This document shows, one piece after another, positions 26,053 through 37,620 of a DNA stretch of 49,285 nt. Each line of letters opens with the position of its first letter. Within the stretch, counting starts at the first letter, position 1. Position numbers and translations under genes: made by a program. Source of the stretch: Octopus bimaculoides (taxonomy: Eukaryota); the NCBI RefSeq assembly GCF_001194135.2, contig NC_068991.1, positions 39,953,217 through 40,002,501 on the forward strand. The letters run 5' to 3'. A model generated the notes under the pieces. It worked only from the letters and a program-made list of their open reading frames with translations, did no database searches and was not told the origin of the DNA.

Positions 26053-26649
26053 CATACACATACACATACATACGTGTGTACGTGGTTATGTGTTTGTGCG
26101 TGTGTGTGAGTGTGTGCGTGTATGTGTGTGTGTATGAGTGTGCGTATCTATTGAGTTGTGCCATATAGCATTGAAATAAAGCCTGAGTAATTTATTATTC
26201 TTAAACCCTTATGAATAATGGGTTTATAAGCAATATCTGCATGGACATTTAAAGCTGTTACTCAATCGCTGACGAATTCTCAACATGAAATATTATTGCA
26301 TAATTTCGACTTGTACTTGACATTTTTCATACTGTAAGGCACATCAATATTTCATAAATTTCTGGAATTATCATAAAAAAACAAAAGGATGAAAACTGTT
26401 GCTATGGAGAAAAATTGACTATTTTTTTTCGAAAGACATGAACTGAACTAAATGTATCTGTTGGTATTTTGATGGCTACAAATCGTTTAATAAAGCAAGC
26501 AGATCTCGTACAACATATCTTTATACGGGTTGCACGATTCATTGTCTTTGTTTTGTATCCCCATTTAATCCGAGCAGTACCATAATGTATTCTGAGCAGT
26601 ACCATCATTTAATCCGAGTAGTACCACAAACATGTGTGCTAGCAACACT

Positions 26650-26960
26650 AGCATACTACATACATTACAACAATAAGGTGTTGTGTCCATAGACTTCAGT
26701 CTAATTGCAAGAAGTCCAACAATAAAAGCTAAACAAAATATGGAAAAGCATCTTGGATCGCCTGAAAATTTGCAAGAATCATGAAAATTGGACTAAAGAG
26801 GACTGGCTTTGTATCGTGTTTAGTTATTGAACATCCATTAAGCAATTCGCATCTAATGCAGCATTTGTTTGTCGTCCATCGAAGTAATGGTACAATCCCA
26901 AGCGTACATTTGCAAGGTTGAAGCAATGGCAAAACATGATACAAGAGTGGGAATTTCTGC
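26650..26960 (+). pseudogene. Degraded Tc1 transposase fragment (second family)
   Basis: Peptide DRLKICKNHENWTKEDWLCIVFSY*...WYNPKRT matches the Tc1 segment preceding and containing the first catalytic D. Confidence 0.65.
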
Positions 26961-26967
26961 AAGAGAA

Positions 26968-27128
26968 GTGAAGGCATGCCTGTGTGGTAAGAAGTTTGCT
27001 TCTCAAACATATGGTTCCGAATTCAATCCCAGTTCGTTACACCTTGGGAAAATGTCTTGTATTATAATCTCAGGCCGACGAAAGCCTCGTGTGTGGGTAT
27101 GGTAAACAGAAACTGAAAGAAACCCGTC

Positions 27129-27177
<49 letters not shown>

Positions 27178-27382
27178 CGTGCGTGTGTGTCTTTGTGTCT
27201 GTGTTTGTCTCGCACCAGCGCTTAACAAATGGTGTTAGCAGTTCGACAAACAAGACCAACAGTATATGTACCAGACATTAAAAATATGTGTGTCGGGGTC
27301 GACTCGTTCGACTTAAATTCTGCAAAGCGGTGCCCCAACATGGTAGCAGTCTAATGTTTGAAGCAAGTAAAAGATGAAAGAT
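26968..27382 (+). mobile_element. SINE family B
   Basis: cctgtgtggtaagaag head, aaactgaaagaaacccgtc centre, internal (TA)/(TG) tract, aagtaaaagatgaaaga tail. Confidence 0.85.
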
Positions 27383-27544
27383 ATTTAGATAATTCCTCAA
27401 AACACATCTTAAAACTCGTAAACATATCTTGATATTCTGAAGGAAAATTTGCTACTCATATGACCATCCGTAGTTGTGCTCGATTCCAAAAAAATGTTGT
27501 ACTTTGCTTTTCCCTAAAAATAAGTATTGTCATCGAGTCCTAGA

Positions 27545-27755
27545 ACTGGTTTCAGGGTTTCCATGGCGCATAAGAGCCGAGCTGATAACATCACCGCTGG
27601 AAGGGACGCTAGTCCGTCACAAGGTTACTCACTAACAGCTGACTAGACTGAAACAACTTGAAATAAAGTGTTTTGTTCTGGAAATCGAAACCACAATATC
27701 ACAATCATGTGATAATAAGTGTAACGCCTTAATCTCTAGACCAGGCGACTTCACA
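27545..27755 (-). mobile_element. Degenerate SINE (same family as 820-1010)
   Basis: ggtttccatggcg...gggacgctagtccgtcac...aaataaagtgtttt...gaaatcgaaacc. Confidence 0.45.
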
Positions 27756-27956
27756 TTATTCTATGGCTTGCGTGAAAAGGTGGTTTACGTGTATTATATA
27801 ACTATCAGTGTTCATCACGCGATCTTAACCGCATAGAAAAAGACATTGTTGTTGTTATGCAAAAGTGTCGTAAGTCCAAAACGTTGCTTTTTCAGAAAAC
27901 GAAAAAATAGTTTCACCATTCCACATAACCGGATATTGCAAGCAAAAATAAATATT

Positions 27957-28349
27957 TATTCCTTTATTGCCCACTGGGGGCCTAAACATAGAGGGGGACA
28001 AAGAAATGGATTAAGTCGATTACGACGCCAGTGAGTAACTGGTACTTTTTAAATCGACCCCAAAAAGATGAAAGGCGGAATTTGAACTCAGAACGTAACG
28101 GCAGCCGAAATACCTATTTCGTTATTGCCCACAAGGGGCTAAACATAGAGGGAACAAATAAGAACAGACGAACGGATTAAATCGATTACATCGACCCCAG
28201 TGCGTAACTGGTACTTAATTTATCGACCCCGAAAGGATGAAAGGCAAAGTCAACCTCGGCGGAATTTGAACTCAGAACGTAACGGCAGACGAAATACCGC
28301 TAAGCATTTCGCCCGGCGTGCTAACGATTCTGCCAGCTCGCCGCCTTAC
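27957..28349 (-). mobile_element. Dimeric SINE A (full monomer plus headless second monomer) with a 15-bp TSD
   Basis: gcaaaaataaatatt at 27942-27956 and 28350-28364 flanks both monomers. Confidence 0.88.
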
Positions 28350-28870
28350 GCAAAAATAAATATTGAAAAAAACAAAATGTATTTGGCCAAATTTGGACAT
28401 ACGAGCGTTTAACATAATAGCAACGACATGTATTCGCATAAAAATGCAGTTTATAATGCATCGTAAATTTCGAATTTCCTAGAGAAGATATTGTAGGTTT
28501 GGATACTAGATTATCACAGATTACTGTTAAATTTCGTTGGAAATCACACCTGACGGCGTTCATGGTGTCTTGAAGGTTAAGGGCATCATGCTAAGTATTA
28601 AGTTATATCGCTTTGGTATTTATTTGTACTTTTGTGAATTGCGCTCAGGTTATTTGCTTCTATTACCTCAAAGTGTATCCCGTTTCTTTTTCTTCATCAT
28701 CTTCAATTAGTACGAAATATCTTTAACAGTATATTCAGACATTTGACCAAGACCGCGCACGCGCGCGCACACACTTACACACACATACATGCACACATAT
28801 ACATATGTATGAATATGCGTATTTATGTATGTATGCATGTATGAATGTATGTGCATATGTATGTATATAA

Positions 28871-28954
<84 letters not shown>

Positions 28955-29135
28955 ATCAATACGTACATATACTTACATTATACATATTTACATATGTAAA
29001 TATGTACACATACAAAAACAGACAGACAGACAGACACAGACACGCACACACAGATACAGACACACAGACATACACACACACATATAGAAGCATCCATACA
29101 TTCACAAACATTTACATTCATACATGTGTATACAG

Positions 29136-29180
<45 letters not shown>

Positions 29181-29264
29181 TATACTACGCATTGTTTGCA
29201 AAAAGAATCCTGAAATAATTCTTAGATAAGAACTCTGACGTCAGTTTGTAACCAATTAAGTTGG

Positions 29265-29400
29265 TTAGCTGGCAGAATCGTTAGGGCGACGGAATGCTTT
29301 CATACTTTGCTGTATTTCTTGCGACTTTTTACGTTCTGGGTCCAATCCCCGCTGAGGTCGACTTCATCTTTTATCCATCCAGGGCCAAGAAAATAATGTA
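29265..29400 (+). mobile_element. Degraded SINE family A
   Basis: agctggcagaatcgttagggc...gaggtcgacttcatcttttatcc. Confidence 0.65.
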
Positions 29401-29794
29401 CTAAGCGTTACATTATTTCATTGAGGTTCTGTACTCAAAATTACTGACCCAATACCTAAATCAGAAATGGTTATTAGAATAAAGATGTTAGATTTCCTGG
29501 GTCGCGAGATATATTCACTAGAAACGCAAATTACGTATATAATGGACGTTCTACTGAACTAAAACAACACTTATAGGAAGCAATTTAGCCCTACCGACTC
29601 TATCGTCTATCCCAGAGGATAGATCTTAGCTACACACACATATGTAAATAGAAAGGAAGTACCTTCAACCATAACACCATGAAGCACAACTTTTGTCCTT
29701 GGGTAGCTACTGTTTTTTTTTTTTCCTATTTGCTTACCCCTAAAAGTATGAAGAATAGCTAATATTTCCTTCATACTTTGCTTTTGTTACATTT

Positions 29795-29960
29795 ATTCAA
29801 ACCCGAAAGAATCCCTCTTAACACATGGCTATGATGCTCCCCCACTAATCCTGTTCATCATTAGAGATGCACATGTTATCAGCCACTAAGGGACACGCTC
29901 AAGTGTTTAGGGTCAAGCAACTGACAAACAAATCTTTGATACTGAGCAGAATATTTGCTA
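29795..29960 (-). mobile_element. Internal fragment of repeat X (see 36256-36811)
   Basis: Reverse-complement match to about 36360-36510 (caacacatggctatgatgctcc...gcagaatatttgct). Confidence 0.8.
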
Positions 29961-30044
29961 TATCGGTATTTCTGTTTCAGCAACTCAGCACTGAATCTTT
30001 CTGAAATGTAACGGAAAATAGGTCAGTTTCAAAACATGACGTTC

Positions 30045-30400
30045 AGGTGGTTAGAAGCTTGCTTCGCAACCACATGGTTCCGGGTTCAGTCCCACATTTA
30101 AGCAAGTGTCTTCTACTATAGCCTCAGGCCGAGCAAAGCCATGTGAGTAGATTTGGTAGAGGAAAACTCAAAGAAGCCCGTCATATGTGTGTGTATGTGT
30201 GTGTGTGTGTGTGTGTCTACCATCGTTTGACTGCTGATGTTGGTGTTTTTACGTCCCCGAAACCTAGCGGCTCGGCAAAGAACCCCGATAGAATAAGTAC
30301 TAGGTTTACAAGGAATAAGTCGTGGGGTCGATTTGTTCGGCCAAAGGCGGTGCTCAAGCATGGCCGCAGTCATATGACTGAAAGAAGTAAAAGAATAGAA
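30045..30400 (+). mobile_element. SINE family B
   Basis: gaagcttgcttcgcaaccacatggttccgggttcagtccc...gcaagtgtcttctactatagcc...gaaagaagtaaaagaat. Confidence 0.9.
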
Positions 30401-30444
30401 GGACATATATACATATATATATATATATATTCTTTAATATATAT

Positions 30445-31050
30445 ACGTTATTTTTGCTGGGAAAGTTTTAGACAAACTAAGGGGATTCCAATGGGTGGTA
30501 ATTGTAGACCTGAATTAGCGGATTTATATTTGTCTTCATGTGAGTTCAGCTTTCTTAATGATTTATACTGAAGAAAAAAGATAGGTTTGGTCAAACAACT
30601 CAGTGAATGCTGTAGATATATCGATGATATTTTTATTCCTAACTATAGGCATTTTGAATATTTGCTGAGTAAGATATATCCGGCGAATCCTGAGGCAAGT
30701 AGAAATGGTGACTCCGTAAAAAAGTTAACAATTTGAATGTGAGAAAATAGTAAGGTCGAAACGAGTATTTACAATAAAACAGATCTAATTTCTATATTAC
30801 ATCATTGCTTTAGGAGTGTAGTAGAATTCCTCTATGGATGAGTTGTAACGTGTTTTTCAGTCAGGTCATTAGATATGATAGACTTTAAGCTTGGAATGTT
30901 TTTGGATAGGTTAATATGTTAAAGGCGCACGTGTAAAAATTAAATTACAATAGTAAAAGGTTGGTTAAATGTTTTAATTATTGCTTAGGTAAACACAGTG
31001 AGGTTTTGAGAATGTATGGAATGATCTCGAGTTTACAGTTGAGCCTGGAA
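30445..31050 (+). pseudogene. 5'-truncated Penelope-like element reverse transcriptase (likely Naiad/Neptune type)
   Basis: FRQTKGIPMGGNCRPELADLYL ... CRYIDDIF ... IYP ... YNKTD: PLE RT motifs; several stops and frameshifts. Confidence 0.85.
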
Positions 31051-32220
31051 TTATAAGGAGTGTTAGCTTTTTACTCTGGTGTCTTGAGGCTGGTTGTCAT
31101 TCACTCCTGTTGTGTAGCTGTCATTTACTATAGGGTACAGCATCTCTTCCGTTGGGTAGTTCGGATTCACTTCCACCTGTTGACAGACATCGATTTTTCG
31201 GATTTTTGGCAGCGTAGGGTTAAGACGTGAATGTGTTTTCCGTTAATTTCTCTGCAACACGTAAGATTTCGTTATATATAGCATTATCTCGATAGTGTTT
31301 TTATTTCAGTAGTTTTCAATTTTCATAGTTGTAAGTGTATACGTTGATTTAAATTACATATATTTTCATTTTATAATTATGGGTAATTTGAGTTGTTCCC
31401 AAGCAGCAAGCCCATTGGCAGTTTAATTATAATGGATTATTTAGTCTTTTTGCATTTAGGACGTGTTATTAGTTATTTACTTTAATTATAGATCTATATT
31501 TATGTATATATATTTATATATATAATTTTCTATTTAATTTAATTATATTTCCCTTTTTTATTTTATTGTTTAATAATGTGCAATGTATTTGGTTAATATT
31601 ATTTTATAGTATTGAAATTGTTTCGTAGATATTGATCTACGCTTGTCCTTTTCCTTGAACATTGTTGTTTACGTGATGTACTGTTCCACTAATCTTTATT
31701 AGGCTTGATTTTGATGTGATATCATGTTCTTGATATGACGTTCAATGAGAACCAATGTATCTAGAAGTTTATCTTTGCTGTATTGTCTGAATGTCTGTTT
31801 TGGAATAAACTCTTTGTTATAAGTACTATTTTGCAGCAATAAGTTATCACTATTTGTTTACTCTGCTGTTGTTACTTATAGTGGATTCCCAAGCCGGTGG
31901 ATTCCAAAGCCGGTGGATTCTCAAGCAGCGTTTATAGTTTTAATGGTGTTGACACTGACGAACTGAATGGTATTACCCAGGTGTCGAAAGCATAGTGATA
32001 TCCGTTCGGGAGCTGATGATGGGAATACACATATATTATGCTTCACTGTGAATTTCTTATATATTAGTCTCGTTATTTTGCGTTGTCCTTCACTGTTATA
32101 AAGTGAAAAGTCGTTGTAGATTCGTAGTTTGCGATCACTATTTTTTGGTTTTCTTCACAGGTAATCTAATTTGGCTTAGATTATGTTTAGATATCGGTGT
32201 CTAATTTGGGGAGGTACTGT
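31050..32220 (+). mobile_element. Probable 3' region / pseudo-LTR of the Penelope-like element
   Basis: Contiguous T-rich region after the RT, free of SINEs and microsatellites, with a CTGACGA...GAAA motif; boundary is inferred. Confidence 0.4.
31881..31928. repeat. Three copies of a 16-bp unit GTGGATTCCCAAGCCG
   Basis: Read directly; 1-2 mismatches per copy. Confidence 0.95.
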
Positions 32221-32223
32221 GAC

Positions 32224-32258
<35 letters not shown>

Positions 32259-32304
32259 TGTATGTATGTATGTATGTATGTGTGTATCTATGTATGTATG
32301 TATG

Positions 32305-32341
<37 letters not shown>

Positions 32342-33843
32342 GCGTGTGTGTGTGTGTGTGAGAGAGTGTATGTGTATACACATATGTATGTACGTATACA
32401 TATATACATATATAGATACATGCATACATGCATGTTATATAAATACACGCACACATACATATATATCCTTGCAAGATTCCTTCTGATTTTCTAACATTCC
32501 ACTTTGTCTTTTAAATTTTAAGGGATTGATAAAATAAATTGCCATTTATATACCGAGGTTGATGTTATCGACTAACTACCTCCCTTTAAAATCGCTGGTG
32601 TTGTCCCCAAACTAGAAACCATTGTTATAAGCGTAATAGAATGTTAAGTAGTAATACAATAGAAAGATAAGCTAGTCTCTACTACGGTTTCGGACTTCTT
32701 CGAAGCTTGATTTTGATTCTCATTTGGAAGAGTTACACTTCACTGATGTTGGTTATGCCCGAGCAGCTATGCCGGATAGACAGGACAGTAGATAACGAAC
32801 CAGGCTATTTGCACTAACGTTTCACTGAAATCATAAACAATGAATTGAACTCGCAACAAGAAATTTGAACAAATTGAGAAGACACAACAAGAAGCAAGCA
32901 TCAAAGCAACTGTAGTTCTGTGGCTTTGACAAATGATTCGTTTGCAGTACTGACTTCAATTCCTTCCAAATAGATGGAGAAGGCCATACATGAGGATCTC
33001 TTTCAATTCACTTAATTCGCAAATGTATTTACGAAGACGACAAACATCATAACTCCCCAAAGACATAATAGGCTTCATATATTCGTGTTTCTTTCCAACA
33101 AGTAATTATGTAATCATCATCTCACAATAAACATGGCTGCTCTCTTCTCATAGGATAATTAGCAACACACATGATTGGGAGTCTTATTAATGACTAACGT
33201 AATAAAAAGCTTAACTAACAAAATTATTGATTTCGGTATATAATAACATGATAATTCATGAAGTGGAGAGGTTGGGAGGGTCTATCATAATCAGTTCTTA
33301 ATTATTTTTCGATCTAATACGGAAGCTTAACAAAGATGTCTAAGTATAAAGCGAATGAGGAATGAACACGCAAGTTAATTACCCAGATACAATTAGTGGA
33401 AGTTAATAACCCCAAACTTAAGTATCTCGTATAGTAAGAATCAAAGTACCTTTCGAATTGCAGTTGAAGCCACAACCCTACACTTACGCTGTTGAATACT
33501 TAAAGAAAATTATAAAAGCCATAAATTCAAGATTGATAACTTTCTGAATGATCAGATCATAACTGAAGAAGTTGCCTTAATGTAAAAGATTCAGGAAGAA
33601 TCCCACTGAAGTATGACAAAAGATATACAGGAAAAGGTTTACATGGGAGAGAATATAGGAAAGACGAACGACAGAGAGTGGATAGCAACATTCAATCAGC
33701 CTCACAAGCAGACAGACATGTTGGCGGGTAGAAAGTTATATATATATATATATATTAATAAATTATAGGGTGGCAAAGAAAATTTTAGAAATTTTATTTA
33801 CCACCAGTGGCCTAGCGAGAGTAAAAACAGTCAATAGACTATG

Positions 33844-33989
33844 TATTATTCATTAGAAATGCAGAGACGCCTATAATAGGACATCTACTCGCTAGAAATA
33901 GCAGCAAAAATACTATGTAGTATTTTTGCTGCTATTTCTAGCGAGTAGATGTCCTATTATAGGCGTCTCTGCATTTCTAATGAATAATA
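33844..33989. repeat. Perfect palindrome: two 72-bp arms with a 2-nt spacer (tg at 33916-33917)
   Basis: 33918-33989 is the exact reverse complement of 33844-33915. Confidence 0.97.
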
Positions 33990-34009
33990 TATATATATAT
34001 ATATATATA

Positions 34010-34200
34010 TTCTTTTGTTTTTTTTACTTGTTTCAGTCATTTGACTACAGCCATGCTGGAGCACCGCCTTAAAGGATTTTAGTCGAAGAAATCGATCCCA
34101 AGACTTATTCTTTGTATGTTTAGTGCTTATACTATCGCTAAGTTACGGGGATATAAACATATCAGCATCGGTTGACAAACGTAGACACACAAATATATAC
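34010..34200 (-). mobile_element. SINE family B 3' half
   Basis: tttacttgtttcagtcatttgactacagccatgctggagcaccgcc...ctaagttacgggg. Confidence 0.85.
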
Positions 34201-34214
34201 GTACATACATACAC

Positions 34215-34254
<40 letters not shown>

Positions 34255-34579
34255 AGAGAGAGAGATAAACAGATAGAGAAAGAGAGAGGGATATCTTATT
34301 TAGTCATAAATTGGCCCTCATAAAGACATTCTAACTGTGGCCATTTCGTTTTTTCTCTAGATATCTAACAGTAGTGTACACTAGACCTCAAATTTTAAGG
34401 ACGGAAGAGTGTTTTGTAAGGAAGAGTTGGCTGCTATCCGAGACTAGGTAACGGGTGAAGTGACTTGATATATTCAAGCTTTTGATGTCTCCTTGTAAAA
34501 TTTGTTTTGTAACTTGGGTAACTTCGGTAGAATCAGTGAAAAACGTAACTGTTATCTAATATGGGTGATGCCAACTTAC

Positions 34580-35715
34580 TGATATATAACATACTAACTA
34601 ATATTGATATATAAGCTGATATTTAACATAGATGATATCTAACATATTGATATCTGACAAATCTTATATCTGTCATTCTGATATCCAACATATTAATCGA
34701 TATCATATTGATATCTAACAATCACTGATATCAAACAACATATTGATATCTAGCATACTGATATCTAATACCTCTGATATCTAGTATACTGATATCTAGT
34801 AGACTGATATCTACCAAGATTCTGATATTTAACATCGTTGATACTTAACTAAATAGTGAAATTCAACAAAGCTAGATTATATAACATGCAGATATCTAAG
34901 AACATACTGAAGTCTAACATTGCTGATATCTAACAAGATTATTTTATTCTTTTACGTGTTCCAGTCATTTGACTGCAGCCAAGCTAGAGCACCGCAGGAC
35001 TTATTCTTTGTAAGCCTAGTACTTATTCTATCGGGGTTCTTTTGCTGAACCGCTAAGTTACGGGGACGTAAACACGCCAACATAGGTTGTCAAGCGATGG
35101 TGGGGAAACAAACACAGACACAAAGGCACACTCGTAAGTATATATATATATATAATATGATGGGCTTCTTTCAGTTTCTGTCAACCAAATCCACTCATAA
35201 GGCTTTGGAATTATAGTAGAAGACACTTGCTCAAGGTACCACGCAGTGGGACAGAACCCGGGACCATGTGGTTGGGAAGCAAGCTTCTTAGTAATTTTTT
35301 TTTATATATCGGAAGCTGTTTACTGACATCTGATATGATTGATATCGAACATACTAATATCTCAAATAACTGATATATAACATATCTGGTATCTAAATAT
35401 ATCGATATTCAACAAACAGACATCTAACATATGATATCTAACATACTGGTATCAAACATAGCTGGTATCTCACATAACATAGCTCATATCTAACAATATA
35501 GTTGATATCTAATAATATCTAATAAATCTATATCCAATATAGCTGATATTTAACATAGCTAGAATCTAACAAAGCTGATATCTAAAGTATTGATATCTAA
35601 CGCATCGATATCTACCATAGCTGATATCTAACAACATAGCTGATATCTAACAAAACTGATATGTAAAATATTGATATTTAACATATTGATATTTAACATA
35701 TCGATGTTTAACATG
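34580..35715. repeat. Degenerate GATATC(TAACA)-based tandem array, interrupted by a SINE B
   Basis: Many gatatc/gatatt motifs at irregular short spacing on both sides of the SINE. Confidence 0.85.
34945..35295 (-). mobile_element. SINE family B
   Basis: cagtcatttgactgcagcc...gaagacacttgctcaagg...gggaagcaagcttctta. Confidence 0.88.
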
Positions 35716-35864
35716 TCGACATAATCCATTTTGATTCGATTAACAGATTAAAATCGATCTGCTACTCGACAGAATCTATAATATAGGTAAAGGCATGTTT
35801 CAATATAAACAATATTAAATAGCATTGTTAAATGAAGCAGGGATTGTAGGCGCCGCGAGGAAAT

Positions 35865-36145
35865 TATTATTGTTTTTGTTTTAGTTCTCAGAACGATCGG
35901 TCTTGTTTGCTCTGGTAGATTCTGTGAGAACGGGCAGCAACCTGCTGCCAGAGGTCTAACAGGGTCACTTTCCGCACATTATAAGCTTTGATACTTGGTT
36001 GTTGATTATCGTGGAAGACATTCAACACCGAAGTACCAATCCCCAAATCCCAGCTGTCCCCAACAGAGCAGTTTTTTTGAGAAGGTGCTTGCTCTGCTTT
36101 CAAGTCAATTCCGATTTCCGTGACATATTTCCCGAATTTGGTTAT
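35865..36145 (-). mobile_element. 3' end of a Dong/R4-type (restriction-like endonuclease) LINE, family B
   Basis: Minus strand KFGKYVTEIGIDLKAEQA-(fs)-QKTALLGTAGI...VLRC* followed by a 3' UTR ending in an AAT tail. Confidence 0.7.
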
Positions 36146-36162
36146 TGGTGTTGTTTTTATCA

Positions 36163-36225
<63 letters not shown>

Positions 36226-36254
36226 TAATAATGATAATACTAATAATAATAATA
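36163..36254. repeat. (AAT)n microsatellite
   Basis: Read directly. Confidence 0.97.
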
Positions 36255-36255
36255 A

Positions 36256-36811
36256 ATGCCCTGATTCAGTACCAGGCAGTGTCTCTCATGGCTTCTGATC
36301 TTCATTGATTAGAAGTGTTATCATGTACATTGTTTTTTCTTGGTATAAAAGATGGGCTACAGCAAATATTCTGCTCAATACCACATATTTGCTTGTCAGT
36401 TGCTTGACCTTAACCAGTTGAGTATGTTCCTGAGTAGCTGACGATACATGCATTTCTGATCACGAGCAGAAGTAGTGGTGGAGCATCATAGCCATGTGTT
36501 GAGAGGAATTTTGGGGTGTTTGGATAATTCATCTATAGAAATAAGGGTATTTCGTTCAATATCGTTAAACAACTCTTATTCAGGGATCTTTTGAGCGGGA
36601 TGGGCTACTCGACCTGAAGAAGATTCTAACTGGACCCCACCTGCAAGGTCATGCGCTGTTTATCTTGATATGATGTCACCGTGTCACGCACGTATAGTTG
36701 TGATGCACGTGCCTAGTGTACTCTTATCAGACAAGTAGTCATGTTGGGTATACTGGGTTTCGTATATTTTACCCCAGTATCACTTTGATGGCATGCACTG
36801 CTCTCTCCCTC
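36256..36811 (+). mobile_element. Non-coding interspersed repeat X, embedded in (AAT)n
   Basis: Flanked by (AAT)n on both sides; homologous fragments at 29795-29960, 36855-36905 and 41655-41795; no ORF and no pol III boxes. Confidence 0.75.
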
Positions 36812-37039
36812 AATAATAATAATAATAATGTGACGAACTGGCAGAATTGTTAGTAAATCTGTGGTATTGAGCAGAATATTTGCTGTCGCCCATCTTTTAT
36901 ACCAGAGCTTGGTCTTGCGCTGCCAGTATATTGCTCTCGGTCTCTTTTTTAGGGTTCCTTTCATCAACTAATCCCACCTATTTTTTCCAACAGCTTCTGT
37001 TGTGGCTACATGGAATTGATTGTATAGCCCCTTCTTGAA

Positions 37040-37183
37040 TAACTCGTAAAAAGCACTCAACACACTCTGTAAAGTTACTGCCGTTAGGAAGGGCATCCAA
37101 CCGTAGAAACCATGCCAAAACAGACAAATGGAGCCTGGGCAATTCTCCCTCTAATCCATACCTACATGGAAAACACATTAAAT

Positions 37184-37239
<56 letters not shown>

Positions 37240-37240
37240 G
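37040..37240 (+). mobile_element. RTE-related 3' tail (Ceph-SINE/RTE type) with (GAT)n tail
   Basis: gttaggaagggcatccaaccgtagaaaccatgcc...catggaaaac..ttaa followed by (GAT)n. Confidence 0.65.
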
Positions 37241-37399
37241 TATCACAAAAGCAGCAGAAATGTTCAGCATTATTTTTTGGAATACTGGCTTAAAAATTTC
37301 CAGTGGGCAGACACTACTGATTCTGAGCTGCTAGAATGACGTCCTGTTTCTGACTTAAGTCCAAACTATTGACCCTTGTAGGGAATTTACCGTGTAATT

Positions 37400-37620
37400 T
37401 TACTTTTCCTTCTATTATCAGTTCGAAGATTCCATAATTTTTTGCATATATTCATTAATTTTGCTTTCACAGAGGGCTCTTCTGTTTCATCTTGTTGCTC
37501 TTCAGTTTCGGTGATTTTTAATTCCTTTATATATTTCCTTGCTTTTTTTGATGCTGGGTGTAGTTTCTTGATAGTTTCAAGCTTACAGACAACCTCAAGC
37601 ATCCAATATATATAGAATGG
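37400..37620 (-). pseudogene. Internal fragment of a Dong/R4-type LINE ORF (post-RT region)
   Basis: WMLEVVCKLETIKKLHPASKKARKYIKELKI resembles, from recall, the linker after RT in this clade. Confidence 0.5.

Noticed and set aside
26563-26626. Three roughly 22-bp repeats (and the 16-bp x3 at 31881) as CRISPR-like arrays
   Set aside because: No unique spacers, eukaryotic context, no cas genes; ordinary short tandem duplications.
30568-30570. In-frame TGA in the PLE RT as selenocysteine
   Set aside because: The copy has other stops and frameshifts; CGA>TGA decay is simpler; no convincing SECIS seen by eye.
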